From: Octopus vulgaris
Taxonomy: Eukaryota
Reading direction: 5' to 3'
Length of the DNA: 64,000 nucleotides
Assembly: GCA_951406725.2 (NCBI GenBank)
Contig: OX597816.1
Coordinates: 128,216,001 to 128,280,000, forward strand
Below, piece by piece: positions 22,801 to 37,065 of the stretch. Both the position numbers and the translations under genes were made by a program. The notes under the pieces are model-generated. The model ran no database searches. It was not told the origin of the DNA and saw only the letters and a list, made by a program, of their open reading frames with translations. Each line of letters starts with the position of its first letter. Positions within the stretch are counted from its first letter, which is position 1.

Positions 22801-24869
22801 TAATCTAAAGTTTGCTAAATGCTTTAGAACAAGCCTCTGGGCCTGGAGTTGCTGATGTAACTTCACAGCTATAAAGAAAAAGGTATATATACTCTGCCTT
22901 GTGTTGAGCTTTAGTTCACTCCTTTTTAAAACTGCACCTATATATGTATTAATATTTTTTGCTGTTGTATATCAGAGGTAAAAAGTTGATACATCAGCAC
23001 TTTTAAATAAAAATACCTTGTATTTCTTCCTCCTTTGTCACACTTGCCATTGTAAATGCATCAAATTAGTAATAAGTCTCTTGGAAATCTGTAGCCAATG
23101 ATGCTATATTGTATGCATAAAACAATGTACAGTATAAATAAATAAAATATATTAGACTTATTCTTCAGTATGAAATTTAAAAGCTATATGGTTTGCTTGT
23201 CTTTCAGTTAAGGTTAAAGTTTACAATAATGCAATTCAAGTGAAGTATCATAAAGAATAAACTCCTGAACTTTAAAAATACTAAACAAAGAAAAGTAAAA
23301 TCTCACAGATTCATCAATATATTATTACCAATGTGGAGGTGAAAAAGCAGATATCAATTATTTAAAATCTCTTTAGCCATGATGTGAATTTCTACAAGAA
23401 ATAGGTTTGAAAACTGAGCTCAGGCTGGGGAGAATTATAAACAGCATCATAAACCACCTGAATAATCAGGATTTTCAATCATTAATCATTTAATCTGGAA
23501 TGTTTCTTATTCGCAAGAAAAATAGTTCTAGCAACATGATTGACATCATCATTTATTCGTGCATATGCATATGATTATGTATAAGTACAGGAGTAAGTAC
23601 ACATGCTTGCATTGGTATTTATGTCTGTGAGAATGAATGGAGTTAGATCGATGTGTTTATAAATTGTTCTCAAGAAGTTTTTTTTTTATTTTCTTCCTTC
23701 CAACACATTCATACGTATAGATGTATGTACATATGTATGCTTGTCTGCATGCATGTGTGTAAATATGTTTTCATCATAGGTATATAAGATGTACATCTTT
23801 TTTTTTTATGAAAACAAAGTATAAAAAAACCTTCTGGCAACAACTTATAATGAAAAATAGATTCAAGATGATAGACTGCATAACTAAACATTTCCACCTC
23901 CAAAGACGAGCATTTTATATTCAAGGCATAAAGTTGAAAAATAGTTTCAACCAGTTATCTTATTTATCCACTTTTCTGAAGAAATAAAGAGAAAAATATT
24001 AAAAGCTTCAAAACATAGAACATAAGTCAAAATAAATCCTCTGACAGGTATCCATAAGGGAGGAACTGCTATCATGTATTCTCATATAGTTTTTTTCTTT
24101 ACTCTTGAAGAAATGTTTATAAAACCACTGCCTGTTCCAAAGCAGCCAGCATCTCATGCATAACAAAACTTATTGTACATTATAACCTACAATCTACTTT
24201 TGAAAATTATTCTTTTCTAACATTAGCCCTTGCTCATTCTTTAGTTTGTACTCATTTTGTATAATTTACTGATGAAATCATATTAAAATATGTTTATTTA
24301 TGATGAAACTAAATATAACTGGCTAATGTAATTATTTGTGCTTGTTTTTATAAACTTGCTGTCACATTTATTTATGAGAACATACTTTCAGTTTATTAAG
24401 TTTTTGCTGGTAAATTTCCAAAATTTGACCGCATATGGTTGCATGGTTAAAAAACATGACTTCACGTCCACAGGATTCTAAGTTCAATGCCATCATCATG
24501 GGAATGTGCCTTCTAATGTAATCATAGACTGACCAAATTCTTTATCAATGGAATTTCTAAAGGCTTGTGAAATTCCATTCATAAATTTATTTTATTCATG
24601 TGTATAATATTTACCAAATACACATACACACACATATACATACATATATATATAATTATATATACATTTATTTATATATATACATACACATCTATATACA
24701 TAATTATATATACACATATATATACACACACACAGATATATGTATATATATTATTTACATATAGGCATATATATATAAATATATATCATGACATCTACAG
24801 ACTATCATATGTTATTATAAACCATTGGTCCCAATGCTTTTCCTTGCATTGTTATAGCATTTGAATAAT

Positions 24870-25414
24870 GGCACCCTGCTGGGTTGGTGGGTGGGCCAAC
24901 ATTCACACTGAACAGATGCCAGCCCACTACAGGGTTAACTATTTATAGCTGAGTGGACTAGAGCAAAATGAAATGGAGTATTTTGCTCAAGAACGAAATG
25001 TGCACCCAATTTGGAAATTGAAGCCTTGATCTTGCAGTCATGAGTGCAGTACTCTAATCATTTGGTTATACAGCAGTTCAGTAAAAGAAACTGATAAGCC
25101 AAGTGCCAGGCTTAAAAAGTAACAAATGGGGTTAATTCATTCAACTGAAATTTAAGATTCCAGCATGGCCACAGTCAAATGATTGAAACAAGTGAAAGAA
25201 TAAAAGAATGTATGTGTGTGTGTGTCTGTGTTTGACCCCTACCATCGCTTGACAACTGATGCTGGTGTATTTACATACCCGTAACTTAGTGGTTCAGCAA
25301 AAGAGACCGATAGGATAAGTACTAGGCTTACAAAGAATAAGTTTTGGGGTCGATTTGTTTGACTAAAGGTGGTGCTTCAGCATGGGCACAGTGAAATGAC
25401 TGAAACTAATAAAA

Positions 25415-25417
<3 letters not shown>
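24870..25417. mobile_element. Cluster of SINE fragments
   Basis: A minus-strand tRNA-like head fragment (~24870-25070) is followed by two plus-strand family A tail segments ending ...CAAATGA.TGAAAC..GT.AAAGAATA. Confidence 0.6.
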
Positions 25418-25453
<36 letters not shown>

Positions 25454-26989
25454 GCCTATGTCAAATTGTTAACAAATGTTAAACCATTAAAATGAAATTT
25501 GGCAATTTAAAAGTTTAAGTTAAGATTAAGGTCACGTTTACTTAGAAGTTTTGCATAATTTTTTTTTCTCCAGAAACCATACAATGATTTATTCAGCCCA
25601 ATATTTAGAAAGGAATAACTAATAATGCATTAGCTCTGCAAGACAGACTGGCTGCTATTCTAATTTTGCATTGTTATTTTATTATTTTTATTTAAATGCA
25701 TTTCTTTTTGAAATTAAAAAATAATAATAAAAACTGGTATCATATTTTCCGGTGAAAGTGACCATATTTAAGAACAATGAGAATTTCAACAGGTGTCAGA
25801 ATATGAAAACATATTTGTCAGTTGGATTCCCTTTCTTTTATTTTAAAAATTCAAAACTTTTTCACATAAATCATTCCAAAGAACTTGAAGAAATTTCATG
25901 CTTAAAATAATAAACACATTTTGCTGTGATGCAAAAATTAAGTGATCCTTCTAAGAAACAAGTGACATCCAACTCTATTTTTGAAATAATTCTGGTGTAG
26001 CATCAAAGCAAGGAAAGAATACTGTATATCTTTTTATTTCCTTTGATTAACATGAACAATATAAAAACATATCCAATAAAGAATAAGAATAAAGCATATC
26101 ACTTGCTTATAGAGTACAATATCATTTCTCAAAAGCACTAAATTACAGAAAACTGTGATAAGTATAAAAGGAGCAAGAAGGTAATTGGCAAAAGCAGTAA
26201 ATACAGGAATATCAGAACATACAGGAAGTTTATCATTCTGATATCATGTTTTTCAAAGAGACCATGAAAGACATATAACCCCTGTGAATGAAAAGCCTGT
26301 AATCAGGTCTACTATGATAAATTAAATATCGAACTGAGCAAACCATATTACTCAAATAAAAGAGAAAGTGTTAGGAATGGTCAAAAATAAAGACAATAAA
26401 TCATACCCATACAGAGTCTATTATACAAAATAAAATCAGTTACATGAAATATCAAACTGTTAAATTGAAATTTGGCAAGTTAGAACACAAGTAAATCTGG
26501 CATCTTACAAAAGAAAAATCAATAAGGAAACGATAATGGTACTTAATAGACCAAACTATCCTAATTGACAAATGTCCAGACTTTGATGACATTCTGACAT
26601 GGATAGACAAATTCTCTCAGGAAATTTTCCATGCATAGATTGCGTATTTATGAAGTCTACTTAGAAACATTTTAAAACTGAGTAACACTTTACAGAGGTG
26701 AAATATCTAAATTACAAGAATAAAAGACATCTGAAATTTAAATATGTTTTTAAACATGTAAAACATATTTGCACAGGATCTTTTAATATGAGTTGTAATC
26801 CTGGTAACGCTACACAAAATAACCCACAATCACACATGTATTCAAAGAGACATATAAATTTATACTAGACAATTGGAATTTGATGCAACTTTCTGGCTTG
26901 CCAGATCCTGTCAAACTGTCCAACCCATGTCAGCATGGAAGAAAAGATGATGATGATGAAAATGATGAAATACATTATTACATTTGAGT

Positions 26990-28155
26990 AATATTGGTTC
27001 CAAATTTTGTCACAAGGCCAGAAAATTCAGGTGGAGAGTGTTCAACTGGTACTTATTTTATCAACACTAAAAGGATGAAAGACAAAGTCAACATTGACAG
27101 AATTTGAATTTACAAATGTAAAGACAGACAAAATGCCACTAAAGATTTTGCCTGGTGTGCTGACAATTCTGCCAGCTCACTGCCTCAAAAGATGTAGATA
27201 TTCTTCCTTGGGTGGAAACATCTATCCTTAAATCCTTAAAAGTGTTTTAGCCCAAAGGCCGCGGCCATGCTGGGGAACCACCACTGATCTGAGTAATATT
27301 GTTTTCAAATTTTGGCACAAAGCCAGCAATTTTGGGGTGGGGTGGAGTAAGTTAATTAAATTGGTCCCATTACTCAGCTGGTACTCATTTTATTGACCCC
27401 CAAAAGGATGAAAGGCAGAGTCAAGCCCAGCAGAATTTGAATTCAGAACATAAAGGTAGATGAAAATGCCACTAAGAATTTTGCCTAACATTTTATAAGC
27501 AATTTTGGAGATGACACTGATTTACAGTATCAGTCTGTTGTTGTAAGTTTTATTATTTTTGGCATAAAAAGATATAACTCAATACAGCATATTTAAAAAC
27601 ATGGCTGTTAAGATTTTTTTAGATAGATTATTAAACAGAAATGTAGAAATTTTCCTTTTTACTTATCTTTTTGTATGAGGCAAAAATAATGAATTCAAAA
27701 TTTGGCACAACACCAGCAATTTTAAGGGGAGGGGTAAGTCAATTACATCATTCCTAGTACTTGAATAGTACTTTATTTTAATGATCCCAAAAGACAACAA
27801 GCAAAGCTCAGCTCAGTGGAATGTGCACTTGGAGGTAAGGAATTGGATAGAAATGTTGCAAATCATTTTGTCCAATAAGCAAATAATTCTTATTTCTTTA
27901 TTACCCACAAGGGACTAAACATAGAGGGGACAAATAAGGACAGACAAAGGGATTAAGTCGATTACATCGACCCCAGTGCGTAACTGGTACTTAATTTATC
28001 GACCCCGAAAGGATGAAAGGCAAAGTTGACCTCGGCGGAATTTGAACTCAGAAGGAAACAGCAGACGAAATACCGCTAAGCATTTCACCCGGCATGCTAA
28101 CGTTTCTGCCAGCTCGCCACCTTTAAACAAATAATTCTGCCAGCTCATTGCCTTA
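26990..28155 (-). mobile_element. Cluster of four co-oriented family C SINEs (body GCCTTTCATCCTTT.GGGGTCGATAAA...AAGTACCAG, Meta-domain-like)
   Basis: Repeated GGTACTTA...AAAGGATGAAAGGCAAAGT...GAATTTGAA...CTGCCAGCTC motifs at about 27050, 27380, 27770 and 27985. Confidence 0.8.
27891..28127 (-). mobile_element. Young family C SINE nested in an older copy, 11-bp TSD
   Basis: TSD CAAATAATTCT at 27880-27890 and 28128-28138. The 3' end is TAATAAAGAAATA and CpGs are retained. Confidence 0.9.
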
Positions 28156-31100
28156 TGAAATAAAGATAGCAGAAATTATTTTGAATATCTTCATTATCAA
28201 ATAGTTTCATTCTATAAATACTGTGGTAAAAGCTAGAAATAACAGGTCAATTGACATTGGGATGTAACTTACCACCTTTAAAAAGGAAGAACATGTTATA
28301 GTGTAGCTCTAGATACATTATGTCACAAAAACAATGAGATGGCTAAGTCTGAAACACCTTTGATCCTAGATCTGCTAGTTCAATATTAATCTGGTATTAA
28401 ACAACAAGAAAGTTCATCACAATGTTATTTGTTGCTTTTCTTAGATGATATAGAAACTATATGTCACCTTAGATAAACATGAATGGACGACTGTCACTTT
28501 TATTGAGCATTACTAATTATGAGTGACCACACAAAAGTTCCTTTGTGATTCACATTGAATTTTGCTTCAGTTAAGAGTGACGTGGTTTTACTATTAAAAA
28601 CATTATCTTCTCATTAAAAGTTATATAATTAAGAAGCAAGTGTATTCGTATTAAAGTATTGGATAAAGAAAGTAAATCAATGGAACCTGTGTTGTAAAGT
28701 AATGCTATGAGAATGTCTAATTAATTAATTAATATTTTAGGTAAGATAAGACAAATTATTCAATATTTTTTAAAAGAATATATAAAATGAGTTTCTTGGC
28801 AGCTAAAACTGGGATTTGGGTTGAATTCTTGCAGTATGTTGCTTGTTTGGCACTGGTCAGAGAATATTCATAATATTTGTTGTTTTTAGATAAGAAAAGG
28901 AATTTTAAATATTCAGTTCTGTTATTTAACTATTGACTAGAAAAATATAGAACTTTCTTTTGTCTGAATTAACCTCATGCTATTTTCCAGTTGAGTTAGG
29001 TTAAGTAACAACTTCTAAAATGAGAGAAATTATTTTGTAATTTCTCAAGGCTATCGAAATTACAACTAAACTTCTAACAAAGTCACTTGGTTTATCTCAG
29101 TAGTAAATTAAGCCTTTCTATCTTGGGTATTTCCCCTCATAGTCAATCTCCCCCAGTGTCCTTTAAGGTGTTTCTTGAGCAAATGGTTTTCTATTCTCAT
29201 TATAGACTGGATCAGCCTCGTTCCTATTGTCTTTCACTCACAGTATGTTCTGAGAATGTTCTCCAGTAGCAAGATCAACATGTTGGCTGTGGTTGACAGT
29301 ATGATACTGAGGTTTGCCACCTTTTCAAAAGGTTTCAGCATTTTGGTTAGTAACTGGACAGATCAAACTACATATATACAAAATATATAAAGTGCAAAAT
29401 AATAGACAAATACTAAAAATTAGTTGGGCCTAAAAAAAAGCTTCTGAGAAGAATAAGCACAGTTTGAAAAACAAAACTCTTCTACAACTACCAAACAAAG
29501 TAATACTTAGAATAAAGGAAGTAAAACAAGACTTGGGAAATAATCTACTTGAGCAAATGGTACAAATTGTATAAATAAGTTAAAGATTGATGTATAGAAT
29601 TCTTTACTGAAATTCCTATTCTCGTTGGAGAAAATATATTTAAAAGAACCTGGTCACAGTTATTAGAAACTGTTGATGAAAAAGGGAGAAAAATTTTATT
29701 AGATTAGCAAAATCTCTCAACATTGATTTACATGCTTAGGAAAAAGCCTGATCTTGCAGGCAAGAGTTAGCCATGAACATGTTTCAGTGGAGGCCTCATG
29801 AACATAGTATCTTGTATTCAAATCTGTTTTATTTGTTGACAAAGACTTTTCCATAAAGAAAAGGGTTTACAAACTGCACAGTGTCACTTGTAATTTTTTG
29901 TAGGGGTGGGGGTGAGGTAGGAAGTCATTTATGTAAAGTCAAGAATTCATCAAAATATTGTGCTTGGTAATGTATTTGGAGAAAACAGTCAGTTGTATAG
30001 GGTAACACTGGAGAAGTTAAAGGGATTCATCATCATACCTTAAATGAGGACAAAGATGATTTGGGCCATAAAGGAAACACAAGAACATTTGCTTAAAACC
30101 CCTCTCATAGAATACTTGAGTAGATCAGCAGTAAAGACAGTGATTCTTTATCTGCATTCTGTTGTCATATTATAGCATTAAAATATCTCTTGAAATGTTC
30201 ATGCCAAATATCCAACACACTAGTTACTATAAACAGCCATAACCTCTTCCCTCCTAAAATACATCATCGTCATGTATATATGCCTCTACCACACAATTTT
30301 TCTCTCCATCAGCATACATTTCTCTTTTTACTCAATTAACCAAACAATATTTTTGCAATTCTTTGTTGGTTGTTCATAATACTTTCCTACCTTGCATTTC
30401 ATAAATGTTGCATAAACTACAAAGTTAAGATCAATATTAACTGCAGTAAACTCAATGTTCTCCATAGATTTTCAGGGCTCACTGAGTTAATAGTAATGTC
30501 AGCACATAATTTCAGAGCCAGCTAAACTTTTTTCACATATCACCACATATTGTAATGTGAGAATATATTACATATAGCCAATAATTAAAATCTATACAGA
30601 TATATAATATGTATGTATCTGTGTATATATCATATATAAAATATATCTGTATATGTACATATATATATTTGTATATGTATTATATATATATATATATAGA
30701 ATATACATATCTGTATATATGTATTTAATATATATATATATATACACATAAACACACACACATATACATACACACACATACAAACATACACACATATATA
30801 TGTATGTATGCATACATACTGTGTCTTTCAGGGGAAACTTCTTTTGACACTAATTTATTGCTTGATTTGAAATGCTATAGATTGCTTGGAATCTCTCTTT
30901 AAAAAGATACATCCCATCTCAATTTCAGCCAGAGTAGAAGTGGTAATTCTTAGTAACCATATTTCTAATTCATTCAGTTTTTCTTCCTATTGTTGTACAA
31001 GGTAGAACTATCCCCTGTGTGCAATACAGGGATAATAAAGAGTAATAAAAGAAAATATGTTTCCTAAATATCTCAACATTTTTTTTTTGAAAAAAGAATT

Positions 31101-31488
31101 TCCCATCTGAATTCTGAATTGATTATTCAGAAATATTTCACCAGTCAAAGCTTCAGTATTGAAAATTGGTTCATTGCCATCTGACACCTTTTAATTTTGA
31201 TAAATAGCCAAAATAGTCAACATGTTTTAAAAAAAGATATGTGCAGTTTCAAAAGATCTCAGGCTTTTCTTTTTGACACCTAAATAAAGTCAATATGGAA
31301 ATATCCTCATCGCTCAAAGTTTTACAAAAAATACATCATGCATGATCATGTTACTCAGTGATACAGATCTTATTGGGGTATTTCAAATATATTTTATTTA
31401 ACAGATAAATAGCTTATATTATACAGTTCCTAACAAAAGAATATTAAAAATTTATGCCATAAAGATTTATAAATATAAAAGTTTATGA

Positions 31489-31878
31489 GGCACAGGCATG
31501 GCCGTGTGGTAGGAAATTTGCTTCCCAACCACATGGTTCTGGGTTCAGTTCCACTGCATGGCACCTTGGGTAAGTGTCTTCTACTATAACCTTGGGCTGA
31601 CCAAAGCCTTGAGTGTAGATTCAGTAGATGGAATCTGAAAAAAAGCTCATTGTATATGTGTGAGTGTTTGTTACCCATCCCTGCTTGACAACTGGTGTTG
31701 ATCTGTTTGCATTTCTGTAACTTGGCAGTTCGGCAAAAGAGGCTGAGAGAATAAGTACCAGATTTAACAAAAACGAATAAGTAAATAAAATATGTACGAA
31801 GGGGTCGATTCATTCAACTAAAAATTCTTCATGGCAGTGTCTCGGCATGGTCACAGTCTAATGACTGAAATGTGTAGA
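31489..31878 (+). mobile_element. SINE family A, near full length
   Basis: GGCACAGGCATGGCCGTGTGGTAGGAA head, GGTTCAGTTCC B-box, and tail ...TCTAATGACTGAAA. Confidence 0.8.
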
Positions 31879-32232
31879 AGAGCCCAAAGTGAACCTGGAA
31901 CCATGTGGTTGGGATACAAGCTTCTTACCAGACAGCTATGCCTGTGCCTATAAATACAATGAATTTATAAGGTGAATAAATACTTATTCCTAAAAAAGTA
32001 ACTTATCTTTTGGTTATTTTTTCAATTTAAGTAAGTTATCATATTTTTATGCATAATTGCATAAAAACATATTCATGATTGAAATTGTTTTCAACAAACA
32101 CAAAAGACCCACACAAATCTCTAACATCCATTTAAGTGTTAGAATTGAGCAGAGAATAACCTGGCACATATATCCTTTTCCATAACCTTGTGAGTGGAAA
32201 TGGTAGAAGGAAACTAAAAGAAGATCATCATT

Positions 32233-32268
<36 letters not shown>

Positions 32269-32713
32269 TAGAGACAGGAAGGGCACCTGGCTTTTTTTAA
32301 CTTCCTGATTAACTGATGCAAACATAAAAATGAATGTTAAATAATGATAATAATATATATATTTATAATTTTCTGTGTGTACAGTTAGATGTATGACTGC
32401 CACTTGTGAATTTAGGGTTCTACACATATAGCATCTTCATCCAGACTGCTTCCAGTAAGGCAGTGTGGTCACTACTGTATTTAATAGCATTACTCATTAT
32501 AGAATATAGGAAAAAGAAAGCATTTGTTCAGTGTTAATATAGTGCAATAAAGTATAACTCTGAGGAACCACTGTGGATCTTCATCCAAACACACTATGAA
32601 CACCTAGTGGAGAGAATGCAAATAACAAAAATGGTAAAACATGTGTAAGGAATAAAGGGTGTAGACTGCAACTTGTTTATTATACTTTTTCATAGCCACA
32701 TCACACATGCATG

Positions 32714-33335
32714 CATCATCATCATCATCATCATCATCGTTTAACGTCCGTTCTCCATGCTAGCATGGGTTGGACGGTTCGACCGGGGATCTGGGAAGCC
32801 AGAAGGCTGCACCAGGCTCCAGTCTTATCTGGCAGTGTTTCTACAGCTGGATGCCCTTCCTAACGCCAACCACTCCGTGAGTGTAGTGGGTGCTTTTTAC
32901 GTGCCACCTGCACAGGTGACAGGCGAGGCTGGCAACGGCCACGGTCGGATTGGTGTATTTTATGTGCCACCGGCACGGAAGCCAGACGAGGCGGTGCTGG
33001 CATCGGCCACGAGTCGGATGGTGCTTTTTACGTACCACCAGACCAGGGATCCTGGCTGGTTCAATTCGATTTCGATTTCGCTTGCCCCAACATGTCTTCG
33101 CAAGCAAGGGGGTTGGCATAGGTGCCTGTTGTACGGTCAGATTGGTGTATTTTACGTGCCACCGGCACGGAAGCCAGTGGAGGCGGTGCTGGCATCGGCC
33201 ACGAGTCAGATAGTGCTTTTTACGTACCACCAGACCAGGGAACCTGGCTGGTTCAATTCGATTTCGCTTGCCCCAACATGTCTTCGCAAGCAAGGGGGTT
33301 GGCATGGGTGCCTGTCGTACGGTCAGATTGGTGTA
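32714..33335 (-). mobile_element. Young family B SINE with an internal ~190-bp tandem duplication
   Basis: (CAT)n end and CpG-rich body. Units start at 32941, 33133 and (partial) 33319. Confidence 0.85.
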
Positions 33336-33341
33336 TACTCT

Positions 33342-33395
<54 letters not shown>

Positions 33396-36300
33396 TGTGT
33401 GTGTGTCTGTGTGTGTTATTCTCTATCAGAGAGCCAGTAATGACATTTACTTAACATTTAATCTTAGCTTCAACCACCAATTGATTCTGAGGGTTTTAAC
33501 ATTTAAATTTTGAATATTTTTCACTACTTGATTTGTCTCAACTAATTTTTCTGACTCTCATGCAGTTATAGAAATACTATTACCATGAACCAACACTTCT
33601 TCAATTGACCATCTTGTCATTAAGTGCTGGTATATCAAAGCAAATTCTATAGGTAATTTTTCTGGCTCTTGGAACATATAAAATATGAAATGTTGTTGAC
33701 ATTGTCAAATATTATGAGCAGAGTTAAACAGATAGAATTTCTAACATTTTTAACTTGGTATTATAACCAATATTGTTAACTTGGATCAAACCTCATATAC
33801 TGTGTTTTTGCTTCTAAGAATTTAAATTCTTTGTTTTCTCCCTTTTATAGCTAGTAGACTGCTGACTGGTTGCTGTTCTTTTCATTAACCATATCCTATC
33901 TGTGATCCAATGACTACCTAATGGATTCACCTTCCTATCCTTGTAATATTTTATCCATCAAAATGTTTTTTAACTTCCTGATCAACTGACTTCAGTACTG
34001 TTATTTACTTGCTTCATTTCATTAGTTAAATTGTTTATTTATAATGGAAAACAAGAAATATATTGCCTCTCCTTTTGAGGAACACTTAAATATCTTTCCA
34101 TGCTTCTACATGTTAGAAGGAACTATTTGAAATTACAATATCCTCAATATAATACTACCATAAAAAATTACTATATACAATAAAAATAATTTTTGACAGA
34201 GCCTTTCCAATGTCCATGCGCATAAAATGTTAAAATAACTTTTATATCTAAGCTGGTGCACTTTCCTTCAATTAGCCCAACTGTATACAAAGGAAGAACA
34301 TCTGCTACCGACAAACAAGCCATGTTTAATAAAAGGATAATGCAACTGGCAGTTTGTTCAAGAAAATAACTATGAGAATAGAATGTGTTAGATGTATTCA
34401 TAATCATAGAGTATCTTCACTGAAGAAATTGTTGTTTGGTATGGAAACATACATTTAAATTCTTGCCTCAATAAAGCATTTAAAAGGCCATAAAATATGT
34501 AGCATAAAGGAATATCTGTACAACTCCAAACATTAATCTAATCATCAACAGTATTGTTGACACAACTTACAGTTTATTTGTCTTATCCATTTTATGTATC
34601 CTGTACACAGTTTACTTATGCAAATGTGTATTTATAATTTCTACTATTTTTTTATAATCCAAACATATGCCAATATCAATAGCATTTATTCATCATTTCC
34701 ATTGATAAACTTGTAAGTAAAACCTCTGTACCAATTATTGCTCTTTTCGACTAGCATCTGTACATACATTAACCTGAGTACATACTAATTCCAGATTTTA
34801 GAACCTTACTGCTCATAGGAGATGGGTGGAGAAAACAAAAAAAATATCAGCAAACATTCTTAGCCTGACTATAATTGCTTTGATGTCGTATATGCGATTA
34901 TATTGCTGTTAGTCTCTGTTCTCATATCTGTTCAGCTTCCAACACTTTCTGATACTATCCTTTCAAAAGAATGTGTTTACAGTTATCTGAAATCAAAATT
35001 GCAAAGATAGCTGTCGGGATGGAAGCAAAACACTTTTGAAATTTTTTGGTACAGTATAGTTTGTATCAAATTAGTTAGGACTACGTTTCCATCAGAACAC
35101 ATTTATATTTTGTTTTCTTAGAAAAGAAGAGAGAAATTTGTTGTTCTGTGAAATTCTTATAAGATCTGCTAATGAAATTATTCTAAACAATAGATGTTAA
35201 TATGTTTAAAGTATTTGCCTATTTGTTTGTGTTGCAAGAACATGTGCTTGTTCTTAGAATACTTGAATATTTTGTTTGATCTAGTGATAGCAATAATACA
35301 CCATTGGTAAAATTGTTTCCTTTCTTCACTTTCACTAATCTTTGTGGTTTTTCTGACATACAGAGTAGTAACATTTGAATCTAATTTTCAGAAACATAGT
35401 AAAACAAGGTGTATATCTAGGTAAGATTAGATAATAACTGTTAACACACTTTCCATAGGAAAAAAAATGCAAGAAAATGTTAATGTGTTCTTCTGGTTGA
35501 AAGATAAAACATGAACTACAATAAAGATGGCTACTTCTTCCAATAATTTCATATATTATCTATATTAAATGTAAGAAGAATGTATGATTATTTACACATC
35601 ATTGTGTAAATATATTAAGTAATTAATGTATCAGGAGTAATAAAAATAAGCATTAACTTATTAAATATTTTATTTCTTCAAATGATGATGAAAATGTCCA
35701 ATTAATTAGCTTCTGTGTTTTGTTTATTTACATAAAATAGATTGGTCATTTAGGAGAGGATGCAAAACCTAAAAGCCAGGATAATTTATAACATAGCCAA
35801 ATATTAATAATTTGTTCAAAACTGTTTTGGACACATACACACACACACACACACACATGCACACACACACACACACACACACACGTGCACTCATTTCCAC
35901 TCACTCATACATAAATTATGACAGTAATATTTTATATATTACTTGTGCATTTCTCTAATCTAGTGCATACTTAAATGGAATTGATTTTTAAAAATAGTGT
36001 TATTGTAAATTATTAAAATTCTTTTTCTAAAGATTTTATTAATATATTTTTTGATGTAGCAATTCAAAATTTTCTGGGCAAAAATAAAGTTTTAGTTATA
36101 TAAATTCTATAATTCAGAAAGTATTATAGTATAATTGTAGTTCCAGTTTACCATATTATAATCCTGTTTCCATGTAAACATGCATAGAGTGGCTTTTGTA
36201 AGACAATGCAATAGGATATGTGGCCAATTGATAAGAAATCTCATTTTAGATACATCACATGTACTAAAGGATTAGTATCACATGAAATCCTCCAAATGCT

Positions 36301-37065
36301 TGATAAGATTTCTAGGAACAAGTTGTTTCTGTTACCTAAATTGACTTACGATGGGATTGTAATGGGGAAAAAATACAGTAAGATAAGCAAGGAAGAACTT
36401 CAGGGAGTTTTGAAGTTCATCTTATTTTTAACAAATGATATTAAGGCCAGCAAGTTCATATATGTCTTATATCTGGGCTGATGCACTTTTACCACACACA
36501 TACAAGAATACATTCTCATCTTCATCAAAGAGCAAGCCACCCACTTGATAAGTAATACTTTTATCCTTTTTAAGTATTCAGGCCTCCATTGTATTATACT
36601 TCCACCCAACTATCTTTTCCTCAGTCTTTGATCTTCTCTTATACCACAACTGCAAAAATCTATTTGATATTTTTATTTCTCTTCTTTGCATTAATCTTAC
36701 AATAACTCCTTTCCAGTCATACTTTCCTACATGTACAGTTCTCCATATTTTTTAGTAAGTACCTATCTGCAACTCATTCAATTCAATATTGATATTAACC
36801 ATGTCTAAACCAGACAATTTGTCCTTTGTCAAAGTAGAGGTCAAAGCAGCTGTGAATTTTAACCCTCCTTCCTTGATTGAAAAATTACAAAGTAGAGACA
36901 GTGGTTATAGCAATATCAATTCTGCAACCAGTATTATAGCATATAAAATTTACAACAATTCTTATGTACAAAAAAAAAATGGCAAACTGCAGAAAAAAAT
37001 ATGCATCAATTCTGTAAAACAACAGAAAATAATAATAATATTAATAATGATAATAATAATAAACA

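Noticed and set aside
32757-33440. 227-aa ORF with an internal repeat
   Set aside because: It lies wholly within a family B SINE and the adjacent (TG)n; the repeat is the DNA duplication.
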